DNA of 48,146 nucleotides from Actinomycetes bacterium (GTDB lineage: Bacteria > Actinomycetota > Acidimicrobiia > Acidimicrobiales > Bog-793), in contig JAJYVX010000005.1 in assembly GCA_021791795.1 (NCBI GenBank), positions 293-48,438 on the forward strand, written 5' to 3'. The notes below the pieces were generated by a model. It was not told the DNA's origin. It did not search any database and saw only the letters and a list, made by a program, of their open reading frames with translations. This document shows positions 7,882 through 17,116 of this stretch, piece by piece (the first letter of the stretch is position 1; each line of letters starts with the position of its first letter). The position numbers and the translations under genes were made by a program.

Positions 7882-10071
7882 TCAGTGGGCGAACTCCACC
7901 TTCGGCAGCACACGCGCCAGCCAACGGGGCTGGTGCCAGGCGGCGTGGCGGGTGAGGCGCAACAACGCCGGCAGGAGGACGAGCCGCACGACCAGCGCGT
8001 CGAGCGCGACAGCGACGGCGAGGATGACGCCCATCTCCTTCGGCGCGAGGGGCCCTGACAGGGCGAAGGTGAGGAACACGGCGATCATGACTGCCGCGGC
8101 CGACAGGACGACGCGTCCCGACGTCCTGACCGACCCGACCATCGAGTGCTCGGGGTCGGCGTGGGTCTCGTAGCGCTCCTTCGCCACCGAGAGGAGGAAG
8201 AGCGTGTAGTCCATGGCGACGCCGAAGACCATCGCCCCGAAGAACAGCGGAGCCCATGCGTCGACGAAGCCCTGCGGCCGGAAGTGGAGAAGTCCGGAAA
8301 GGTCGCCGTTCTGGAAGATGAGGCGGGCGATCCCGAATGCGCCGGCCACCGAGAGGCTCGTGACGACGACGCCGGCGAAGGCGACGAGAGGAGCGCCGAG
8401 GGCCACGAGCATGAGAAGGAAGCCAAGTCCGGCGAGCATCGCGAACACCACGGGCGTACGGCTGGCCAGTGCCTGCTCGAGGTCATAGTTCTCCGCCGCC
8501 GCACCACCGACGAGGGAGCCCGGGGGGAGACCGGCGCGGAGCCGCTCGATGGTGGCACCGGTCGCCGCGCTCGACGGTCCGCTCGCCGGCACCACCTGGT
8601 CGAGGACGAAGCCCCCGCTCGCCGGTCCCGGCAGCACCTCCGCCACGCCCGGTGTCTTCCTCGCCACCTCCAGCGCCGCCCTTGCGTCGGGCGAAGGGAC
8701 CACCACCTGGAGCGTCCCCGGAAAGCCCTGGCCGAAGGCAGTCGAGACCTGCTCGTAGCCGATGCGGGCGTTGGCGGACGGCGGGACGATCGTGATCGAC
8801 GGCATCGAGGTGCGGAGGCCGAAGACTGGCAGGGCGGCGAGTACGAGCAGCGACAGCCCGGCGATGGCGGCCGGCCAGGGATGTCTCCAGACGAAGCGCC
8901 CCCAGGAGTGCATGCGCTCCTCGAGCTTCCCGCCGGCCGGTCCCTGGCGCCGGGCCCGCCGGAGGCGGACCGGGACGGCGTTCACCCTCGTGCCGAGTCT
9001 GCCGAGGACAGCCGGGAGCAGCGTGAGCGTCGCGGCGAGGACGGCCACGACCGCGAGCATGATGCCGAGCGCCATGGAGCGGAAGGCGGGGCTCGGCACG
9101 ATGAGGATCGACGCGAGTGAGGCGAGGACCGTCACGGCCGAGAAAGCGACCGCCTTGCCCGCCGTGGCGAGGGTCTCGGCGACCGCCTCCGCCGAGGTCG
9201 CACGGTCGCCCGGTTTGGCGATGCGGCGCTCGAGTGCAGCCCGGAAACGCACGACGAGGAAGAGGGCGTAGTCGATCCCGAGCGCGAGGGCGAACATGAG
9301 TGCGAAGTTGAGGGCCCAGATCGACACGGGCGCGAGGTGGTTAGCCAGGACGAGCGCCCCCGCAGCCACGAGCAGGCCGACCATCGTGAGCATGAGCGGC
9401 AAGCCGGCGGCGACGAGGCTCCCGAAGGCGATCACGAGGATGGCGAGGGTGACCGGCCAGGAGAGCATCTCCGAGCGCATCATCGCCGCGTGGTTGGCGG
9501 AGTTGAAGTCGGCCCAGAGAGCGCTGTCCCCCGTGAGCGTCACGGAGACCGCTCGTGTGCCTGACCGCGAGAGCGGCCCCGCCAGCCCGGAGGCGGCGGC
9601 GACCATCTGGTTCGTGTCTGCGGCCGCTCCGGCGACGACGACCGCCGTACGGCCGTCGGCCGAGATCGACACCCCGGGCCGCGGGGCGACGACCGTGCTC
9701 ACGTCGTTGCTGGCTCTGAGCATCGATTCGACACGGGCGATGACCGCTCTTGCGGAAGGGTCGGCCGCGATCCGTCCCGAGTGATCCACGACGACGACCT
9801 GCAGGGCGCTCGCCCCGAGCCCGGCGAAGTCCTTACGGATGATCTGGCGGGCGTGTACCGACTGGCTCGTCGAGTCCTGCCACCCGGCACCGGCGAGGGC
9901 CGACTCGACCTTGGGGGCAAACGTGCCGAAGAGCACCAGCACGCCGAGCCAGCCGAGCAGCACGGGTCGTAGGTGCGTTCCCGTCCAGGTGCCGAGGCGG
10001 GCGAAGATGCCGCCTGGTACTCCAGCGGGCAGGGCGTCCATCACGGCGGTCGGCGACTCTGGGCTCGTCAT
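7882..10071 (-). CDS. MMPL-family (RND superfamily) membrane transporter
   Basis: 729 aa from ATG 10071 (MTSPESPTAV). It has two 6-TM bundles with large soluble loops and typical MMPL motifs: WADFNSANHAAMMRSEMLSWP, ALALGIDYALFLVVRFR and AMDYTLFLLSVAKERY. Confidence 0.9.
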   Translation of the reverse strand: MTSPESPTAVMDALPAGVPGGIFARLGTWTGTHLRPVLLGWLGVLVLFGTFAPKVESALAGAGWQDSTSQSVHARQIIRKDFAGLGASALQVVVVDHSGRIAADPSARAVIARVESMLRASNDVSTVVAPRPGVSISADGRTAVVVAGAAADTNQMVAAASGLAGPLSRSGTRAVSVTLTGDSALWADFNSANHAAMMRSEMLSWPVTLAILVIAFGSLVAAGLPLMLTMVGLLVAAGALVLANHLAPVSIWALNFALMFALALGIDYALFLVVRFRAALERRIAKPGDRATSAEAVAETLATAGKAVAFSAVTVLASLASILIVPSPAFRSMALGIMLAVVAVLAATLTLLPAVLGRLGTRVNAVPVRLRRARRQGPAGGKLEERMHSWGRFVWRHPWPAAIAGLSLLVLAALPVFGLRTSMPSITIVPPSANARIGYEQVSTAFGQGFPGTLQVVVPSPDARAALEVARKTPGVAEVLPGPASGGFVLDQVVPASGPSSAATGATIERLRAGLPPGSLVGGAAAENYDLEQALASRTPVVFAMLAGLGFLLMLVALGAPLVAFAGVVVTSLSVAGAFGIARLIFQNGDLSGLLHFRPQGFVDAWAPLFFGAMVFGVAMDYTLFLLSVAKERYETHADPEHSMVGSVRTSGRVVLSAAAVMIAVFLTFALSGPLAPKEMGVILAVAVALDALVVRLVLLPALLRLTRHAAWHQPRWLARVLPKVEFAH

Positions 10072-10107
10072 CGTCTCTCTTTCTCGGGTCGTCGAAGGTC
10101 GGGCACT

Positions 10108-10123
10108 ATACCCCCCTTGGTAT
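10108..10123. promoter_or_regulatory. Candidate CsoR-family operator (ATACC-N6-GGTAT inverted repeat) upstream of the MMPL gene
   Basis: The sequence ATACCCCCCTTGGTAT lies 37 bp upstream of the MMPL start. It has the same TACC-N6-GGTA architecture as the site at 10243. Confidence 0.4.
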
Positions 10124-10223
10124 CGGGTGCAAGATTCCTGCAGGGCAACCCGATCGCCGGCATCGCGGTTCACCCAGGGTGGGCGGGTCCTCCTCCGGTA
10201 GGTCTGGTCAGGTACACCGGTAG

Positions 10224-10574
<351 letters not shown>

Positions 10575-10632
10575 TTCATCGAGCCGCCGGACCTTCCGAA
10601 TGGATGGCCGCACCTCGGACTGGAGGAGACCA

Positions 10633-11043
10633 GTGGGATACACGACGACGATCACCCTCGCCATCGGCTTCGACGAGGCCGTGCCCCTCGTGAAGGAGGC
10701 TCTGAAGACGAAGGGCTTCGGCACCCTCACCGAGATCGACGTCCGCGCCACGTTGAAGGAGAAGCTCGGCGAGGAGATGGAGCCGTACCTCATCATCGGT
10801 GCCTGCAACCCGAGGCTCGCCCACCAGGCCCTCGACGCGGAGCGCCGGATCGGCGCACTCCTGCCCTGCAACGTGGTCGTCCGCGAGGGCGGCGACGGTG
10901 TCATCATCGACGCGCTCGACCCGGCGATCATGGCGACAGTGACGGAGAACGCCGCCCTCCGCCCTGTGGCCGAGGAGGCGGCCCAGCTCATCGGCGAGGC
11001 GCTCTCAGGCCTTCAAAGCGGTGGCGAGCGAGCTGCCTCCTGA
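10633..11043 (+). CDS. DUF302 domain-containing protein
   Basis: The GTG start is preceded by GGAGGAG. The sequence GFDEAVPLVKEALKTKGFGTLTEIDVRATLKEKLGEEMEPYLIIGACNPRLAHQAL...LLPCNVVV is typical of DUF302. Confidence 0.85.
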   Translation: MGYTTTITLAIGFDEAVPLVKEALKTKGFGTLTEIDVRATLKEKLGEEMEPYLIIGACNPRLAHQALDAERRIGALLPCNVVVREGGDGVIIDALDPAIMATVTENAALRPVAEEAAQLIGEALSGLQSGGERAAS

Positions 11044-11082
11044 GCGCGGCGCGGCGGCGGCCGGCCGCCAACCGTCCCGCGG

Positions 11083-13914
11083 TCAACGGGCCGGGCGGAA
11101 TGCCTTTCGCTTGGGCTTCACGGGCCGCATGAGGAACTCGGGGCGGCGCTCGCCGTCCGGTCCGCTACTCGGTCGGGTCATCGCCAGCCACTCGCGGTAG
11201 ACCTCGCGGGAACGGCTCCGGTCGACGTACACGTCCCCGTAGCGGTCGTCCGGTCGAGCCGGCGTCAACTTCACCTTCTGCAACCAGCAGTGCATGCCGG
11301 ACAGTGGGTCGGGCTGGACGCCGAAGGCGAGGTTCTGGTGCACTCCCGGGTCCGACCAGGTGATGCGGGCGGAATCCGGGTCCGAGGACGAGAACGGCTG
11401 CACGTGACTGCGGTAGCGCAGCAGGAAGCTCTCGGGACCGTCGGGATGAGTGATGTCCACCTGGCCGCTCACCCAGCGACTGCCTTCACCCTCATGGAGC
11501 CGCCACCGACCCATGTGGTGGCTGAGGGCGCACACGCCTGGGCGGATCGCCTCGGTGACCCAGACCCGGACGACGAAGTAGCCGATCGAGGTCGTGAGCC
11601 GCACGAGGTCACCGGTCGCGACGCCGTGGCGATCGGCGTCGCCGCGGTTCAGCCAGAGCGGGTGTGAGTTGGCGATCTCGTTCAGATACTTGGCGTTGCC
11701 CGATCGGGTGTGGATGAGGACCGGCAGCCTGAACGTCGGTACGAGCACGAGCTCGCCGGCAGCCACGTCGATCTTGTGCCGCGACACGTGCGACTCGATG
11801 TAGCCGGGAGTCGCATACTCGGGCCATCCCCAGTCGCGCACGGCGGCCGAGTAGACCTCGAGCTTGCGCGAGGGGGTGGGGAACCCGAACGTCTCGCTTC
11901 CGTCGTCGTGGCGAACGCCGACCGAGCCGGCTTCGCCTATGAGGGGCGGCTGATCGTCGTGGCTGGACGGGCGCCGCAGCACGCCTCGGTCGTCAGCCTC
12001 GGTCCCGTCTGTCTGTTCGGCGGTGAGCTCGCGCTCGTCGAGCCGGTGGGAGGGAACCTCGACCTCGACAGCGCCGAACTTGCGCATGTACTGAAGAGGG
12101 GTGAGGCCCGCCGCCTCCGCCTTCTCGGGCAGCCCTGGCACCTCGTGCTCGAAGATCCAGCGGTAGTACTCCTCGACGGTGATCTTCTCGCCCGGGCGGT
12201 AGGGCGACTCGAAGTTGCGGCGGATGCCCAGGCTGCCGTCGGGGTCGATCCGCCAGGAGAGCTCGAACCAGAACTCGTTCTCCTCCCACACCTCGCCCGG
12301 GTTCGCGTCTCGGGTGTCATTGAAGGGAAGGCCGAGCCGCTCCATCGCGACCCGACGGACCGGCTGGCGGAAGCTGAGCCACCTCGCCCCATGCGTCTCG
12401 TAGGACATCGTGTCGTGCCTCTCGGCGGAGTGGCCCATCGGCAGCACGTAGTCGGCGAACTCAGCAGTCTCCGACCACGTCGGCGTGAGCGCCACGTGGA
12501 GGCCGACCTTCTCGTCGTCTAAGAGCGCGTTCATCCAGCTGAACCCGTCGGGTGCGGTCCAGATCGGGTTCCACACCCGGGAGAAGTACACCTCGAGCCT
12601 GCCTCGCCCCTCCTCGAGGAAGTGCGGGAGGAGGATCGACATCTCGTTCGTGGCGAGCGGGTACTCGGCCGGCCACGTCAGGTCGTTCCAGTGATCGTGC
12701 GCCTCCGGCACGGCCGGACCCTCGGGGATGAACTTGTTCCAGCCGTTGGGGCTCGTGCCGCCGACGGTGCCTATCGAGCCGGTGAGCGCGAGCAGGAACC
12801 AGAGCGCCCGCGCCACCTGCCAGCCGCCGAGGTTCCCCGCACAGGCCGAGCGCCAGACGTGAGCGGCGAGACGGTGGTCGCACCCGGCGACGAGTGCTGC
12901 CAGCTCCTCGATCTGGGCCACGTCGATCTGAGCCTCGGAGGCCGCGAATTCGAACGTGAACGACTCGTAGTCGGCTTCGAGCTGCTCGAGGAAGGACTCG
13001 AAGGTCCCGGGCGCGTCGGGGTGCAGGTTCGCGAGGTAGTCGCGCCAGTTGAACCACCGGCGTACGTACTCCTCGTCTATCTGGCGAGTCCGCAGCAGGT
13101 ACGAGGCGATGGAGAGGAGGATCGCCGCCTCACTGCCCGGCCAGGGCGAGAGCCAGAGGTCGGCGTGCGCCGCCGTGTTCGACAGGCGGGGGTCGACGAC
13201 GACGAGCTTCGCGCCGTCGACCTTGCCCTCCATGATCCGCTGAGCGTGCGGGTTGAAGTAGTGGCCCGTCTCGAGATGGCTCGACAGGAGGAGGATCACC
13301 TTCGCGTTCGCGTGGTCCGGGCTCGGGCGGTCGTAGCCGGTCCACAGGGTCATCCCGAAGCGGGCACCCGAGGAGCACACGTTGGTGTGGCTGTTGTGCC
13401 CGTCGACACCCCAGGCCTGGAGGAATCTCTCGGCGAAACCGTCCTCCCCCGGCCGGCCGACGTGGTACATGACCTCTTCCTGCCGGCCCTCGACGATGGC
13501 CCGGCGAATCCGCCCGGCGATGTCGTCGAGCGCCTCGTCCCAGCTGACGCGCTGCCACTGCCCACCACCGCGTCCTCCCGTGCGGCGCAGCGGGAAGAGG
13601 ATCCGCTCCGGATCGTCGAGCTGGTTCACCGTCGCCGGCCCCTTGGCACAGTTGCGGCCGCGTGAGCCCGGGTGGGCGGGATTGCCCTCGAGCTTGCGGA
13701 CAGAGAGGTCCTTCTTGTCCACGTAGGCGAGCAAGCCGCAACCGGACTCGCAGTTGAAGCACGTCGTCGGAACGAGCATGTACTCGTGCGCAACCTTGCG
13801 CGGATGCGCCCTCGCGTCATGCTCGATGTGGTGGTCCCAGCTCTCCGGCGGAGGGAAGTTGGCAAGGTGTTCGTGATTGCGGGCGCCGGGAAGCGGCATC
13901 GACTGCTCCTTCAT
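11083..13914 (-). CDS. Molybdopterin (bis-MGD) oxidoreductase catalytic subunit, Psr/Phs/Soe-like branch of the DMSO-reductase family, no Tat signal
   Basis: 943 aa. It has an N-terminal FS0 motif (CFNCESGCG...NCAKG), a candidate Cys Mo-ligand region (HTNVCSSGAR) and MopB-like segments such as KLVVVDPRLSNTAAHADLWL. The first 50 residues are hydrophilic, with no RRxFLK motif or h-region. The start overlaps the upstream stop (ATGA 13911-13914). Confidence 0.9.
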   Translation of the reverse strand: MKEQSMPLPGARNHEHLANFPPPESWDHHIEHDARAHPRKVAHEYMLVPTTCFNCESGCGLLAYVDKKDLSVRKLEGNPAHPGSRGRNCAKGPATVNQLDDPERILFPLRRTGGRGGGQWQRVSWDEALDDIAGRIRRAIVEGRQEEVMYHVGRPGEDGFAERFLQAWGVDGHNSHTNVCSSGARFGMTLWTGYDRPSPDHANAKVILLLSSHLETGHYFNPHAQRIMEGKVDGAKLVVVDPRLSNTAAHADLWLSPWPGSEAAILLSIASYLLRTRQIDEEYVRRWFNWRDYLANLHPDAPGTFESFLEQLEADYESFTFEFAASEAQIDVAQIEELAALVAGCDHRLAAHVWRSACAGNLGGWQVARALWFLLALTGSIGTVGGTSPNGWNKFIPEGPAVPEAHDHWNDLTWPAEYPLATNEMSILLPHFLEEGRGRLEVYFSRVWNPIWTAPDGFSWMNALLDDEKVGLHVALTPTWSETAEFADYVLPMGHSAERHDTMSYETHGARWLSFRQPVRRVAMERLGLPFNDTRDANPGEVWEENEFWFELSWRIDPDGSLGIRRNFESPYRPGEKITVEEYYRWIFEHEVPGLPEKAEAAGLTPLQYMRKFGAVEVEVPSHRLDERELTAEQTDGTEADDRGVLRRPSSHDDQPPLIGEAGSVGVRHDDGSETFGFPTPSRKLEVYSAAVRDWGWPEYATPGYIESHVSRHKIDVAAGELVLVPTFRLPVLIHTRSGNAKYLNEIANSHPLWLNRGDADRHGVATGDLVRLTTSIGYFVVRVWVTEAIRPGVCALSHHMGRWRLHEGEGSRWVSGQVDITHPDGPESFLLRYRSHVQPFSSSDPDSARITWSDPGVHQNLAFGVQPDPLSGMHCWLQKVKLTPARPDDRYGDVYVDRSRSREVYREWLAMTRPSSGPDGERRPEFLMRPVKPKRKAFRPAR

Positions 13915-15458
13915 GACAGCGGAACGTCCTGTCCCGCCCGGACGAACACTGACTCGTAGGCGAGCAGGGCGACCTGGCCGAGCACCCCGGCGAGCGCTGC
14001 TCGGCGGAGCCTACGACCCTTCACGGCCGGCGTGGCGAGCCCGGCCGCCAAGCCACCGAGGCCGACAGCGCCAGCCCAGAACAGCTTGCGATAACGGCCC
14101 TTCGTGATCATCTCGGCCGCGGCGGCCGCCTGCGGGGTCTTGTGGCTGCGCCCGTACTCGGTGGCAATGGTGGCGAGGTTCGCGGCCGAAGAAGCCACAA
14201 ACGTACCTGCGAGCATCTTCGTGACCCGGGTCTGTCCGGCGGTGAGCGCCGACAGGGTGAGCAGCACGCCTGAACCACCCTGCAACGCCTGCACGAGAAG
14301 GTGGGGCAGGAGGAGCCGCGACTGCCAGAGATCGCGACCCTCGGCCTGGCCGAACAAGAAGGCGGTGTAACCGGCGGCCGCGGCGGCCGAGGGCACTGCC
14401 AACCACCGCAGCACCGAGACGGCCCTCTTCGTCGTCGACGAACTGACCAACCCGACGGACTCGCCGAGGGCGGCCGCCAGCCACGAGCCGGAGACGGCCG
14501 AGTAGCCGGCGAGGCACGCCGAGCCGAGGAAGAGCCAGGAGCGCGGGTTCGCCTTGGCGAAGATGTACCAGAAGCGCTCGGGACGTTTCAGGTCCCAGAC
14601 GAGGAGCCCTCCGGTGAGGGCGGTGGCGCCCACGCCGATCGCCGGAGCGGCGAGGGCCAGCACCCCTTCGGGCTGTTCGCCGCCGAGCAGCGCACCGGCC
14701 GCCACGAGCAGGGCGCCCGCACCGACGCCCTTGGTCCAGAGGTAGGTGGTGACCCGCCACCCCCACGGACGAGGGTGCGCCGTGTTGAGGGTCGTGCGGG
14801 CGCCCGTCGCCGCCGCGATCGCCATGAGGTCCTCAGACACCGCCTTGCGATGCGGGTCCGGCTGCGACCAGATGTACGAGCCGTCCACCGGTGCGAGCAT
14901 CGGGTTGAGGACGGCCCGGTCGGCGCCGATGTAGAAGACGTTCGGTCCCGTGTTCTGCTCAGGCGCCCGCACCGTGGTCGCGTTCGACGCGACGAGCTGC
15001 GCTATGCCGCTCGCCGGGTCGTCGAGATCCCCGGCCCAGATCGAGTGAGTCGGGCACACGACGACGCAAGCCGGCTCCAAACCGTCGTCCACCCGGTGGG
15101 CGCAGAAGTTGCACTTCGCCGCCGTGTGGGTGTCCTCGTCGATGTAGATCGCGTCGTAGGGACACGCCTGCATGCAGCTCTTGCAGCCGATGCAGCGCTC
15201 CGAGTCGAAGTCGACGATGCCGTCGTCGCGCTTGAACAACGCCTTGGTGGGACAGATGGCAACGCACGGCGCGTCGGTGCAGTGGTTGCACCGCATGACC
15301 CCGAAGGCCCGCGTCGAGTCCGGCCACTCCCCTTTGTCGATGTACTTCACCCATGTGCGGAACTGCCCGATCGGCACCTGGTGTTCCGTCTTGCATGCGA
15401 CGGTGCAGGCATGGCAGCCGATGCAGGTTCGTTGGTCGATGGCAAAGCCGTAGCGCAA
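13911..15458 (-). CDS. Fused 4x[4Fe-4S] ferredoxin subunit (PsrB/SoeB-like) and NrfD/PsrC-like polytopic membrane anchor
   Basis: TTG start with a GGAGGAG SD. There are four Cys clusters (CIGCHACTVAC, CNHCTDAPCVAIC, CIGCKSCMQAC, CNFC...ACVVVC). About 290 aa follow with multiple TM helices and NrfD-like motifs (WDLKRPERFWYIF, FGQAEGRDLWQS). Confidence 0.85.
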   Translation of the reverse strand: MRYGFAIDQRTCIGCHACTVACKTEHQVPIGQFRTWVKYIDKGEWPDSTRAFGVMRCNHCTDAPCVAICPTKALFKRDDGIVDFDSERCIGCKSCMQACPYDAIYIDEDTHTAAKCNFCAHRVDDGLEPACVVVCPTHSIWAGDLDDPASGIAQLVASNATTVRAPEQNTGPNVFYIGADRAVLNPMLAPVDGSYIWSQPDPHRKAVSEDLMAIAAATGARTTLNTAHPRPWGWRVTTYLWTKGVGAGALLVAAGALLGGEQPEGVLALAAPAIGVGATALTGGLLVWDLKRPERFWYIFAKANPRSWLFLGSACLAGYSAVSGSWLAAALGESVGLVSSSTTKRAVSVLRWLAVPSAAAAAGYTAFLFGQAEGRDLWQSRLLLPHLLVQALQGGSGVLLTLSALTAGQTRVTKMLAGTFVASSAANLATIATEYGRSHKTPQAAAAAEMITKGRYRKLFWAGAVGLGGLAAGLATPAVKGRRLRRAALAGVLGQVALLAYESVFVRAGQDVPLS

Positions 15459-15504
15459 TTACTCCTCCGGCGTCAGGGGCGGGTGATGTCGTCTTCGTGA
15501 CAGC

Positions 15505-16887
15505 TCAGGGTGCGGTTTCGATCGGGAGGCCGAGCTCGGCCGCGCGACCCCAGTCGTCGTCGACAAGGACGGCTGACCGCCCCGTACGATCCAGGATGGA
15601 GGCGCTGATCGAGGCGCGCAGACCGCTCGCGCAGTACACCCAGATCTCGCCGTCCGGCAATTCGTCGACACGTTCTGCGAGGTCCCAGAAGGGGATGTGC
15701 AGTGCGCCGGCGAGATGAGCCGCGTCCCACTCGTCCCGTCGCCGTACGTCTAGGAGCAGCTGCCCGGGACGGCCGAAGGCTTCGGCGAGCGTCGCAAAAC
15801 CGGCCACCTCGTAGCCGCCGGTCCGCCCGCCCGCCAAGGCCTCGACACGACCGAGCGCCGCTCCGGCGAGATCGTCGATCCCGATGCGCGTCAGCTGGCG
15901 GCGGGCGTTGCTCAGGTCCTCGAGCCTGTCGCCGACGAGCGTCACCGGTGCCTGCCACGGCACCGTCCAGCCGAAGTACGTGGCGAAGGGGTCGCCGAGT
16001 TCTATCGAGACGGTCCCGGCGATGTGGGTCCGTGCGAAGGCGCGACGCTCGCGGAGGTCGACCACCCACTCGCCTCTCGCGATCCGCTCGCGAAGCACGC
16101 CGGGATCGACGAGCTCGGGCGGTGAGAGATCGGGCGCCGACGGGCCGGCCGCGTTCCGAGGCGCCATGTGAACGTAGTAGCGGGGATAGGCGTTCAGGCC
16201 CGACATCAGCTCGTGCACGAAGCGGTCCTCGTCCTCGGTGACGAGCGCTATGTTGCGGCTCAGCTCTCCACCGATCGTGGAGGAGTCGCCGGACGTCTCG
16301 GTCGCCGAGCAGAAGCTGCCGAAGCCGTGTGTGGGGTGCACCGAGACATGGGCGGGAAGCTCGCTCGCAAGGCGCCGCACCGACCGGTACTGGGCGCGGG
16401 TCAGCTCCTCGGTCCGGTCCTTGCTGATGAGGTCGGTGCGCCCGACTGCTCCGAACAGCATCGAGCCGCCCGTGAGGACGGCGACGGGTGCGCCTTCCTC
16501 CCGCACAAGGTAGGCCATGTGGTTCGGGGTGTGGCCGGGCGTGTGTCGGGCCACGACCGATAGCCGCCCGGTGGCCAGCTCGTGCCCGTCGGTGGCAGGT
16601 GTCCTCTCGAAGGCCACCTCGTCGCCCGCGGGCACGACGTACTCGGCGCCCGTCTCCTTCGCGAGGACGAACCCTCCGGTCACGTAGTCGTTGTGCAAGT
16701 GGGTCTCGAGCACGTGGGAGACGCTCACCCCGAGAGCGTCGACCACCTCGAGCACGCGGTCTATGTCGCGCTGCGGATCGACCACCACGCCCGCCTCGCC
16801 GTCGTGGACGAGGTAGCTCCGGTCGCCGAGCTCCGGGGTCTCTATCGTGACGACCTCGGCGCGGGCCGTCTCCTCTCGGTTCGTCAC
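15505..16887 (-). CDS. CstB-like persulfide dioxygenase (MBL fold) fused to a pseudo-rhodanese and a catalytic rhodanese domain
   Basis: The MBL motifs THLHNDYVTGG and HTPGHTPNH are present. A middle rhodanese-like domain lacks an active-site Cys. The C-terminal rhodanese carries the catalytic loop VYCASGLRAS (CxxxxR). Confidence 0.85.
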   Translation of the reverse strand: MTNREETARAEVVTIETPELGDRSYLVHDGEAGVVVDPQRDIDRVLEVVDALGVSVSHVLETHLHNDYVTGGFVLAKETGAEYVVPAGDEVAFERTPATDGHELATGRLSVVARHTPGHTPNHMAYLVREEGAPVAVLTGGSMLFGAVGRTDLISKDRTEELTRAQYRSVRRLASELPAHVSVHPTHGFGSFCSATETSGDSSTIGGELSRNIALVTEDEDRFVHELMSGLNAYPRYYVHMAPRNAAGPSAPDLSPPELVDPGVLRERIARGEWVVDLRERRAFARTHIAGTVSIELGDPFATYFGWTVPWQAPVTLVGDRLEDLSNARRQLTRIGIDDLAGAALGRVEALAGGRTGGYEVAGFATLAEAFGRPGQLLLDVRRRDEWDAAHLAGALHIPFWDLAERVDELPDGEIWVYCASGLRASISASILDRTGRSAVLVDDDWGRAAELGLPIETAP

Positions 16888-17116
16888 CTCGCTATTACTA
16901 CCCTATGTACGAATGTACGTACCAATTGCCCCGTACCATCGTCGTTCGCAAGCTTCCTCCAAGGTGTCCCGACTCTCCCAGCTGTCATGAGGTCTCCATG
17001 CGAACCATCGCCAGCCTCCGGAGAGCTCGACGAGCACATTACCCCGCAGGGTATCGAGACGGGCAGCACCGTCGACTCGCACCCTGTGCCGACGACCCGA
17101 AACGGAGCATGAGGAG

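Noticed and set aside
11083-13914. Periplasmic polysulfide/thiosulfate reductase (classical PsrA/PhsA) assignment for the Mo subunit
   Set aside because: No twin-arginine motif or hydrophobic signal region is present at either candidate start (M1 or M6). The orientation is therefore predicted cytoplasmic and the classical assignment was not adopted.
16888-16960. CsoR/CstR-type operator in front of the persulfide dioxygenase operon
   Set aside because: Only isolated TACCC / CCCCGTACC fragments occur. There is no TACC-N6-GGTA or TACCC...GGGTA inverted repeat, so regulation by the adjacent C-x-C repressor is not claimed.
16990-17116. Fluoride (crcB-motif) riboswitch upstream of the ClC gene
   Set aside because: I could not find the conserved cores (for example AACCGCC or CUGAUGA-type elements). 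There is no support from sequence.
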